Part shown: positions 5,696-12,184 of the stretch, one piece after another
Layout: each line of letters begins with the position of its first letter
Numbering within the stretch: position 1 is the stretch's first letter
NCBI GenBank assembly: GCA_028693335.1
Contig: JAQUVR010000007.1
Location: 1 to 12,184, forward strand
Direction: 5' to 3'
DNA length: 12,184 bases
Origin: Candidatus Iainarchaeum sp.
GTDB lineage: Archaea; Iainarchaeota; Iainarchaeia; Iainarchaeales; CSSED10-239
Program-made: the position numbers and the translations under genes
Notes under the pieces: generated by a model
The model's input: the letters and a program-made list of their open reading frames with translations, nothing else
Told to the model about the DNA's origin: nothing
Databases searched by the model: none

Positions 5696-6757
5696 TTATT
5701 TTTTTATCTCAATTGTTTGTGTTGGAAATGCAAAATCAATTTTTTCTTTTTCAAATTCTTTTTTTATGGTTAAATTAATGTTATTTTTTGTATTTACATA
5801 TTCATTGTAATCTAAAGAAATAATCCAGTAGATAATTCTTATATTTAAAGAATAATCTCCAAATGATTCAAATCCAACTACAATTGTATCCTGTTCAACA
5901 TTTTTATTTTTATTAAGAATTTTTTTTACAATTTCTTGTGCTTTTTCTATTTTTGTAACACTTGTGTTATAAGTTAATCCTACGGTATAATTTTCTCTTC
6001 TTGCTCTTCTAGAAGAGATGTTTTCAACAGAATTTGTGGACAATAATCTGTTTGGTATTACTACAACAGTATTATCAAAGGTTCTTATTTTTGTAGATCT
6101 AATACCAATCTCTTCAACACTTCCAACACCTTCAGAAGTTTTTAGAGTATCTCCCATTTTAAATGGTTTTTCTACAAAAATGGTTACACCAGATATTAAA
6201 TTTTCTAATATGTCTTTTGCAGCAAAAGCTATTGCTATACCACCAATTCCTAGACCAGCAAGTAATGCAGTGACATCATAACCTAGATTTGACAATATTA
6301 CTAAAATTGCAAATAAGAAAAATACAATTTTTACTAGAGACTTTAATAAAGGTATTAATTGATCATCATATTTTGAATCAGATTTTTTTGCATATTCTTC
6401 TAAATATTCTTCAATTAGTCCAATAAAAAATTTTATTAAAAATAATGCAATTGCCAAAACAACAACAACAAATGTTGCTTGTTTGACAAAGTTTTTTAAT
6501 CCTAAAGACGTATTAAGAAATTTAAATCCAATATTAAAAAAGATCATTACAATTATTATCTTTAATGGCATAGGTTTTGATAATATTTTTGCAACTATGT
6601 CATCTATTTTGTTTTTTGTTATTTTTGTTAATTTTATAAAAATATTTTTAATTATAAAAATTATTGACCAGCTTACTAAAACACCAAACACAATAAAAAC
6701 AAAAAACCACGTCCAGTTTCTAATTGTGTTTCCAAATATTATTTGTTCTAATATCAT
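5696..6757 (-). CDS. MscS-family small-conductance mechanosensitive channel
   Basis: The ORF encodes 353 aa. The N-terminal half has several TM helices, including the pore-lining G/A-rich helix LLAGLGIGGIAIAFAAKDILENLISG. This is followed by the conserved MscS beta-domain FKMGDTLKTSEGVGSVEEIGIRSTKIRTFDNTVVVIPNRLLSTNSVENIS. Confidence 0.9.
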   Translation of the reverse strand: MILEQIIFGNTIRNWTWFFVFIVFGVLVSWSIIFIIKNIFIKLTKITKNKIDDIVAKILSKPMPLKIIIVMIFFNIGFKFLNTSLGLKNFVKQATFVVVVLAIALFLIKFFIGLIEEYLEEYAKKSDSKYDDQLIPLLKSLVKIVFFLFAILVILSNLGYDVTALLAGLGIGGIAIAFAAKDILENLISGVTIFVEKPFKMGDTLKTSEGVGSVEEIGIRSTKIRTFDNTVVVIPNRLLSTNSVENISSRRARRENYTVGLTYNTSVTKIEKAQEIVKKILNKNKNVEQDTIVVGFESFGDYSLNIRIIYWIISLDYNEYVNTKNNINLTIKKEFEKEKIDFAFPTQTIEIKK

Positions 6758-6871
6758 ATTTTTTCAAATTTTTTATTTTAATAAATATTAAAAGACCAAA
6801 AGTTTTATAAGTTATAATTTTTAACAATAATTTTTGTGAATTTTTCTGTTTTTTTTAAAATAAAGAATATC

Positions 6872-6906
6872 TTTTTATATTGTTTTATTTTCTTTATCTA
6901 TATAAT
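6872..6906 (+). promoter_or_regulatory. Candidate TATA region for trkH-trkA
   Basis: TTTTTATAT (6873-6881) and TTTATCTATATAAT (6893-6906) lie 23-56 nt upstream of the ATG at 6929. This is a motif-level call only, in AT-rich DNA. Confidence 0.25.
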
Positions 6907-6928
6907 ATTTTAATAAATGAGATAAAAA

Positions 6929-8374
6929 ATGTACACAAGATGGTATTTGGATGCAATCTTTAAGCATATAGGTCAATTGATCTATTATAGTAGTTATACT
7001 TTATTGATACCTGTATTTTTATCTTTAATATTTAAGGAATCATTTGCAGCTACAATTGCTTATTTTGTAATCTTTTTAATGGTTCTCTTTATTGGTTTGA
7101 TTTTATATAAAAGTATTTCTTTAGACAAAAGACCATTTGTTAGTTTAAACTTTGTACACTATCTTGCAATAATTTGTGGATTTTGGTTATTATTTTCTTT
7201 TTTTTCTGCTTTGCCATTAATAGTTGTTGGAGGGTTTACAATACTTGATTCTGTTTTTGAAACTATGTCTATGCTTACAACAACAGGATTAAGCGTTTTA
7301 CCAACTTTGCCAACATTAGCAAGTTTAATATTTTGGAGATCTATTCTTGCATGGGTTGGTGGGATTGGTTTGATTTTGTTAGCTTATTTTGGAGTATTAA
7401 ATTCAAATTTTAGTTTTAATAAGTTAATGAGAGCAGAAGGAAGAGATTTAATTAGACCAAATGTTAAAAACACCATTAAGCATTTATGGATCATATATTC
7501 TATATTGACTTTTTTTGGAGTAATTGTTTTGATAATTTTTGGAATGAATCTATTTAATTCCATAAACTATACAATGGCTGCAATATCTACAACAGGTCTA
7601 CAGATTGGAACTAATGATGCTTTGCTTTTAGAAAACCCATTCATTCAATTGTCTTTAGTTTTAATTATGATGATTGGTGCAACATCATTTTTAACACATT
7701 ATTTTGTTTTACAAAAAAGATCTGTTGTTGAATATTTTAAGGATAATCAATTTCTTGTATTTTTATCATTAATAATAATATCCTTTTTAGTTTTTTTTAT
7801 TAGTGTTGGTTCAAAACACTCTTGGACAAAAATGTTGTTTTTATCGGTATCTGCAATTTCTGGTGGTGGTTTTAAGATTTTTTCTCCAGAAGAAATTTTA
7901 TTGATTCCGGCAATTTCTGTTTTAATGATTATGTTTTTAATGTTTGTTGGTGGATCTACTAATTCCACAAGTGGTGGAATAAAAATGCATAGATTTGTTC
8001 TTTTATTTAAATCTATTTATTGGAAAATAAAGGAAATTATTTTGCCAGAAAATGCCCATTTTCCAAGAAAGTATAATGACGAGCAATATGATGATGAAAA
8101 AATAAGTTCTATTTATTTTTTTGTGTTTATTTATTTTTTGTTTATATTAATTGGTACCATTGTTTTAGTAGCACACAATAATCCACTTCAACAAAGTTTT
8201 TTTGAAGTTATTTCTGCTCAAAGTAATGTTGGTTTATCTAGTGGGGTAACTAATAATGGATTGTCAGCAATTCCAAAAGTTATGTTAATAATAAATATGT
8301 GGATTGGAAGATTAGAGATTATTCCTTTTTTGGGGTTACTTGGATTATTGTTTCAAAAAAAAATATATTTATAA
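6929..8374 (+). CDS. trkH: TrkH/KtrB-family K+ transporter membrane subunit
   Basis: The ORF encodes 481 aa and is polytopic. It has four pore-loop signatures, each with the conserved Gly: MLTTTGLS, AISTTGLQ, AISGGGFK, AQSNVGLS. The family-typical intramembrane gating loop GGSTNSTSGGIKMHRF is also present. Confidence 0.9.
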   Translation: MYTRWYLDAIFKHIGQLIYYSSYTLLIPVFLSLIFKESFAATIAYFVIFLMVLFIGLILYKSISLDKRPFVSLNFVHYLAIICGFWLLFSFFSALPLIVVGGFTILDSVFETMSMLTTTGLSVLPTLPTLASLIFWRSILAWVGGIGLILLAYFGVLNSNFSFNKLMRAEGRDLIRPNVKNTIKHLWIIYSILTFFGVIVLIIFGMNLFNSINYTMAAISTTGLQIGTNDALLLENPFIQLSLVLIMMIGATSFLTHYFVLQKRSVVEYFKDNQFLVFLSLIIISFLVFFISVGSKHSWTKMLFLSVSAISGGGFKIFSPEEILLIPAISVLMIMFLMFVGGSTNSTSGGIKMHRFVLLFKSIYWKIKEIILPENAHFPRKYNDEQYDDEKISSIYFFVFIYFLFILIGTIVLVAHNNPLQQSFFEVISAQSNVGLSSGVTNNGLSAIPKVMLIINMWIGRLEIIPFLGLLGLLFQKKIYL

Positions 8375-8399
8375 AAATTAAAAAAGAGGTTTTAAAGAT

Positions 8400-9056
8400 A
8401 TGTATATAATTTTAGTTGGTGCTGGTGGAATAGGGTTGGCACTTGCAGAAATATTAAATGCTGAGGATCATGATGTTGTAGTTATTGATAAAGATCCAAT
8501 AAGAGCAAAAAAAATGTCGCAAGAAAAAGAAGTGGTTACAATTAATGGGGACGCTACAGATATTGCTGTTTTACAAAAAGCTGGAATCTCTCAAGCAGAT
8601 CTTTTTATTTCTTTAACAGATAGTGATGAAATAAATTTAGTTGTTGGTTTGATTGCTAAGGAATATGGAGTAAAAACAGTTGCAATTTCTTTAATTAAAA
8701 CTAATTATAAAAAAGAGGTTTTAGAAAAATTAGGAATAGATATGGTAATACACCCAAACATTGCTGCCGCTGGTTATATTGCTCAAATGATAAGTTCCAA
8801 AGATATATTAGATTTGTCTTTTTTCTCTGTTGGTGATGCTGAATTGATTGAGCAGGATATTACAAAGAACACTAAATATCATGGGTTACATATTTTTAAA
8901 TTTAAAGAACTTTTACCACCTCATTCAACAGTAATTGGGTATTTTAAAAATTCTAAGTTCTATGTTTATAATTCAGAAGACAGAATAGAAGAAGATCAAA
9001 AAATGCTTTTAATTGCAAAAAAAGAGGAAATAAAAAATGTGAAAAAGTTATTTTAG
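8400..9056 (+). CDS. trkA: TrkA/KtrA-type RCK regulatory subunit (single RCK_N plus TrkA_C)
   Basis: The N-terminus carries a Rossmann motif, IILVGAGGIGLALAEIL...VVVID. The 218-aa length fits one N-lobe plus one C-lobe. GAGGT (8386-8390) lies 9 nt upstream of the ATG. It starts 25 bp after trkH. Confidence 0.85.
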   Translation: MYIILVGAGGIGLALAEILNAEDHDVVVIDKDPIRAKKMSQEKEVVTINGDATDIAVLQKAGISQADLFISLTDSDEINLVVGLIAKEYGVKTVAISLIKTNYKKEVLEKLGIDMVIHPNIAAAGYIAQMISSKDILDLSFFSVGDAELIEQDITKNTKYHGLHIFKFKELLPPHSTVIGYFKNSKFYVYNSEDRIEEDQKMLLIAKKEEIKNVKKLF

Positions 9057-9808
9057 ATTATGTGTGTAACAGTTTGTGGTCCACTCTCAAAATGTATACA
9101 AAGAGTGTGGCGATAAACTCTTTTTCCTTTTCTGTCTGCAGTTACTAAACTTTTTGTTTCTTGCCAGGATTTAGCATTTTTGTTTAATATTAATGTTTGT
9201 AATATTTTTTTACTTTGATCTAGGTTATCTAAATACAGATCAATTCCGGTTTTTTGTGGTAATTCTTTTACTATGTGTGTTTGTTTTAATAGGTTTTTCT
9301 TACTTTCATTCATTTCTGAAATTATTCTTCTTGTTTGTAAAACTATTTTTTCTTCAAGTTCTTTTTTAATATCGGAATCATCAAATCTTAATTGTAAAAT
9401 TGTTGTGTAATAGTTTCCAGAAAGTCTTGAACATCTCTCACATTCATTTTTTCTTAAGGATATGTCTTTTTCCATTCCGATTTCTTTGATTGTGTTTCCA
9501 ATTAATGCTTTTGCTGTAACAATCACATAATATTCATGTAAGGTATTATCTATTATTAACTTTACAAACACTTTTGCTTGTTCTATATCTTTTGTTTTTA
9601 TATGCTTTGCAAGATCTATTTCTAGATCTTCAACAGTTTTATAAAACTTTTTAGCATATTTTAAAACTCCACATTTAGGGCAAAGAGTTATTTCAAATAC
9701 TGGTGCGGTTATTACTTGGTTTTCTGAAACATAACATTCTATACAAAAACTATTTATTTGATTGTCATCATCAACCTCTTTACCGCATTTTGGACAAAAT
9801 CTTTTCAT
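9053..9808 (-). CDS. Archaeal NMD3-family protein (homologue of the eukaryotic 60S export adaptor)
   Basis: It has Cys clusters CPKCG...CIEC...CPKCG, then CERCSRLSGNYYTTILQLR, which matches the NMD3 C-x-x-C...g-x-Y-x-x-x-hydrophobic-Q-hydrophobic-R signature. A later GIDLY motif is also present. At 251 aa it lacks the eukaryote-specific C-terminal NLS/NES extension, as expected for archaeal members. Confidence 0.8.
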   Translation of the reverse strand: MKRFCPKCGKEVDDDNQINSFCIECYVSENQVITAPVFEITLCPKCGVLKYAKKFYKTVEDLEIDLAKHIKTKDIEQAKVFVKLIIDNTLHEYYVIVTAKALIGNTIKEIGMEKDISLRKNECERCSRLSGNYYTTILQLRFDDSDIKKELEEKIVLQTRRIISEMNESKKNLLKQTHIVKELPQKTGIDLYLDNLDQSKKILQTLILNKNAKSWQETKSLVTADRKGKRVYRHTLCIHFESGPQTVTHII

Positions 9809-9823
9809 TTTTTTAACCTTTTT

Positions 9824-11131
9824 TTATTGTAATTCTATTGTTTCTCCATTTTGTGGATTTACTGCATCAATTCCAATTCTTTTTAGTTCTTCTTTAAAAT
9901 CATTGGTTACTTTTTTATCTCCATGAACACAAATTACTTTTCTTGGATTAACTCTTTTAATTAATTCAAGTATTTCATCACGACCAGCATGAGCAGAAAA
10001 ACTGTGTTTTGTAACTTTTGCTCTTGGTTGATAACTTTTTCCATCAATTAATAGTTTTCCGGTTTGTTCAAGTCTATATCCATTTGTTCCTTTAACCTGA
10101 TATCCACTAAGTATTATTCTGTTTTTTGGATCTGCACCCAGTTCTTTAATATATCCTAAAGCAGGGCCTCCTTCAAGCATTCCTGCTGTTGAAATAATTA
10201 TACATTGTTTGTTAATTACTTTATCTCTTTTTTTTCTGTTTTTTACAAATTCTACTTTTTCAACAGCCTTTTTAAAAGATTTAAAATCTGTGAAAAATTC
10301 AGGATATTGTGAAAAAATCATTGTTGCTTTTTTTGACATTCCATCCAGATATATTGGAACATTATTTATTTTATATTTTGCAAGAATACTTATTAATTCT
10401 TGACTTCTTTCAATAGCAAATGCTGGTAATATTACAGAACCACCATTTTCTAAAGTTTCTAAAATTTCTGTTGTAAATAATTTTTCTTGTTCTTTTCTAT
10501 CTCTATGATTTTCTACGCCATATGTTGTTTCTGTTATTAAGTAATCAACAGCTGGCAATTTTTTATCATATCCTCTAAACATTTGGCTTTCAGATCCTCT
10601 AAAATCCCCAGTATACATTACTTTTTGATTTTCTTGTTCTACTACAGATATCACACTACCAACAACATGTCCAGCATCATAGAATGTTACTTTTGTGTTT
10701 GGTGTTATTTGTATTTGTTTTTTATAATCTAAATAATATGCAGAATCATTAGCAGTAATAATGTCTTGTGGCTTAAAACCAGCATCATTTCCAGTGATTT
10801 TTGCAATCTTTATAGTATCTTCCCACAAAAGATTTGATAGATCTAATGTTGGTGGTGTTAAAAATAATGGTGTTTGTAAACTTTGTTTGTATAAATATGG
10901 AATTGCTCCAGAATGATCTAAATGAGCATGACTTAAAACAATTGCGTGTAATGGATCTTTAATCTTTTTTGGATATTCTGTTTTAGATAAAAAAACATCT
11001 CCTTCTGGATCTACATCGCTTGATGCTGGATTAAGCTTTAATCCATAATCTAGTAATATGTTTTCTTTACCTTTAAGTAAAAGTGCACTTCTTCCAACTT
11101 CTTGGCCTGCACCAAGGCATTCTAATTTCAT
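9824..11131 (-). CDS. Beta-CASP metallo-beta-lactamase-fold RNase, KH-less aCPSF2-like
   Basis: The N-terminus is LGAGQEVGRSALLL. The MBL motif is SHAHLDHSGAIPYL (HxHxDH). The beta-CASP motifs are TGDF (A), FSAHAGRDE (B) and VHGD (C). The length is 435 aa with no N-terminal KH domains. The HAHLDHSG form is CPSF-like rather than RNase J-like. GAGGT (reverse complement of 11143-11147) lies upstream of the start. Confidence 0.85.
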   Translation of the reverse strand: MKLECLGAGQEVGRSALLLKGKENILLDYGLKLNPASSDVDPEGDVFLSKTEYPKKIKDPLHAIVLSHAHLDHSGAIPYLYKQSLQTPLFLTPPTLDLSNLLWEDTIKIAKITGNDAGFKPQDIITANDSAYYLDYKKQIQITPNTKVTFYDAGHVVGSVISVVEQENQKVMYTGDFRGSESQMFRGYDKKLPAVDYLITETTYGVENHRDRKEQEKLFTTEILETLENGGSVILPAFAIERSQELISILAKYKINNVPIYLDGMSKKATMIFSQYPEFFTDFKSFKKAVEKVEFVKNRKKRDKVINKQCIIISTAGMLEGGPALGYIKELGADPKNRIILSGYQVKGTNGYRLEQTGKLLIDGKSYQPRAKVTKHSFSAHAGRDEILELIKRVNPRKVICVHGDKKVTNDFKEELKRIGIDAVNPQNGETIELQ

Positions 11132-11328
11132 AAGTATTTCTAACCTCTTTTCTTTTATTATATTTAAAATATATAAATAATAGCTTTATATAATATTCTT
11201 TTTTTAAAAAAGACTTGTAAAAAATAGTTGTTTACTAATTTTTTAAAATACAAAATAATATATATACATTTGTAATAAATATATATTAGTACAAAACATT
11301 TTTAAAATAGAAACATTTAAATGTGATT

Positions 11329-11955
11329 ATGAAATTGGCTTGGTTAAATTTTTTAGAATCTATTTGTTTTTTAGAAGAAAACAATATTATTTGTCATGAG
11401 ACTTTTATTATTAATAAGAAAGATCAACTAAAAAAACACACAGATTTTCCATATGTTTTAAAGATCAGTTCAGATCTTTTACACAAAACTGAAGTAAATG
11501 CTGTAAAGACAGATCTTTTTTCTTTAAAAGATCTTGAAAAAGCTTTTTTAGATCTTAACACAGTTTTGAAGAAAAACAAAATTAATGGAACCGTTTGTTT
11601 ACAAAAACAAATAAAAGGGATAGAAGTTATTGTGGGGATCACTAATGACTTACAATTTGGTAAAGTTTTGTTATTTGGTCAGGGTGGCATCTTTGCAGAA
11701 AAAAATAAAGACAATTCTTTAAAGGTCTTACCAATAACAAAAAAAGATGCAAAAGATCTTTTAAAAAAAACAATTGTTGGGAAAATAATTTCTGATGGTT
11801 ATAGAAATAAGATCTATCCAAAAGAGAAATTAGAAAAATTATTTTTAGATCTTAGTGTGTTGGCAATGAAAAAAAACATACAAGAACTAGATCTAAATCC
11901 AATAATTATTACAGAAAAAGAAATTTATATTGTTGATGCAAGAGTAAAAATATAG
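11329..11955 (+). CDS. acdB: ADP-forming acetyl-CoA synthetase (acetate--CoA ligase family) beta subunit / ATP-grasp domain protein
   Basis: FPYVLKISSDLLHKTEVNAVKTDL matches the ACD beta signature (PVVLK..S.dI.HKSDVGGV). GQGGIFAE and the C-terminal ELDLNPIIITEKEIYIVDARVKI match the family motif (E.DiNPl......a.DARi). The ORF track starts at GTG 11323. I prefer the ATG at 11329, because TTTTTAAAATA at about 11299-11309 would give a near-leaderless mRNA. Confidence 0.7.
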   Translation: MKLAWLNFLESICFLEENNIICHETFIINKKDQLKKHTDFPYVLKISSDLLHKTEVNAVKTDLFSLKDLEKAFLDLNTVLKKNKINGTVCLQKQIKGIEVIVGITNDLQFGKVLLFGQGGIFAEKNKDNSLKVLPITKKDAKDLLKKTIVGKIISDGYRNKIYPKEKLEKLFLDLSVLAMKKNIQELDLNPIIITEKEIYIVDARVKI

Positions 11956-11963
11956 GAAAAAAT

Positions 11964-12184
11964 ATGAAATATAATTTAGATCTGCACACATGTCTTTTAA
12001 AAAGAAGAGCTCCATCAAAAAGATATTGGAAATATGTAGATAAAAATAATTTGCTTGGTACAGCAATAACAGAACATAATAATTTAAATCCAAAAGGAGC
12101 ATATTTTGAACTTTTAAAAAACAAACCAAAAAATAAAGTTTTAATTCCAGGGGTTTCAATTAATACAGATTCTGGAGAAGTAAT
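11964..12184 (+). CDS. PHP-domain (polymerase/histidinol-phosphatase-like) metal-dependent phosphoesterase, N-terminal fragment; continues beyond the window
   Basis: I translated it by hand: MKYNLDLHTCLLKRRAPSKRYWKYVDKNNLLGTAITEHNNLNPKGAYFELLKNKPKNKVLIPGVSINTDSGEV. The frame has no stop up to the window end. LDLHT.., AITEHN and IPGVSI..D.G follow the order of PHP motifs I-III. AGGA lies 6 nt upstream of the ATG. It starts 8 bp after acdB. It displaces the two antisense track ORFs at 11893-12159 and 11909-12124. Confidence 0.5.
   Translation, partial: MKYNLDLHTCLLKRRAPSKRYWKYVDKNNLLGTAITEHNNLNPKGAYFELLKNKPKNKVLIPGVSINTDSGEV

Noticed and set aside
6758-6928. Possible riboswitch (for example the c-di-AMP/ydaO type known upstream of bacterial K+ transporters) or other structured leader ahead of trkH
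   Set aside because: The spacer is almost pure A/T, with no G/C-containing helices that could form a structured aptamer. Such riboswitches are also not established in archaea.
11197-11213. TCTTTTTTTAAAAAAGA near-palindrome in the aCPSF2/acdB divergent spacer, resembling the T6A6 core at 445-456
   Set aside because: It lacks the GC clamps and the repeated half-site. It lies 68 and 118 nt from the two start codons, which is poorly placed for a TATA box. T-run/A-run junctions are expected by chance in this composition, and another occurs at about 6849-6860.
11893-12159. Two overlapping - strand ORFs (88 aa and 71 aa) at the right edge of the window
   Set aside because: The + strand frame from the ATG at 11964 is open to the window end. 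It has an SD and shows PHP-domain motifs in the correct order. The - strand products are low-complexity with no motifs.
1-12184. Stop-codon reassignment: none of the 11 stop codons seen in the window is TGA (9 TAA, 2 TAG)
   Set aside because: All ORFs are full-length and motif-complete under the standard code with no in-frame TGA, and Trp is encoded by TGG. TAA dominance is simply what an AT-rich genome predicts. Eleven genes are too few to infer recoding.
1-12184. Scan for CRISPR arrays, IS/transposase or integrase genes, terminal inverted repeats, rRNA, and toxin-antitoxin or defence genes
   Set aside because: I found no regularly spaced repeats, no recombinase or nuclease-defence motifs and no att-like duplication flanking the tRNA. 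The tRNA-Arg shows no partial 3' copy nearby that would indicate an integrated element.

Overview
This is a strongly AT-rich, gene-dense window with 11 complete CDS, 2 partial CDS at the window edges and 1 tRNA. The gene content points to a small-genome archaeon, plausibly DPANN-like. Supporting this are an NMD3-family protein, a KH-less beta-CASP RNase of the aCPSF2 type and an ADP-forming acetyl-CoA synthetase beta subunit. So do oligo-T tracts after genes, GTGAT/GAGGT-type Shine-Dalgarno motifs or apparently leaderless starts, and 4-bp convergent stop overlaps. Layout, left to right: (1) the tail of a LamG-like protein and two co-directional secreted, membrane-anchored beta-sandwich proteins rich in N-glycosylation sequons (1-3277, +). 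(2) adk followed 6 bp later by a 544-aa orphan coiled-coil protein (5475-3274, -). (3) tRNA-Arg(CCU). (4) An MscS-family channel transcribed divergently from trkH-trkA. (5) A beta-CASP RNase followed by NMD3 (-). (6) acdB followed by the start of a PHP-domain protein (+). I see no CRISPR array, transposase, integrase, rRNA or recognisable defence or toxin genes, and I cannot claim a clear-cut new system. The candidates most worth follow-up are the uncharacterised surface-protein module with its structured upstream intergenic region, the orphan coiled-coil protein coupled to adk, and the beta-CASP/NMD3 pairing. All functional calls rest on motifs read by eye from the supplied translations; no searches were run.
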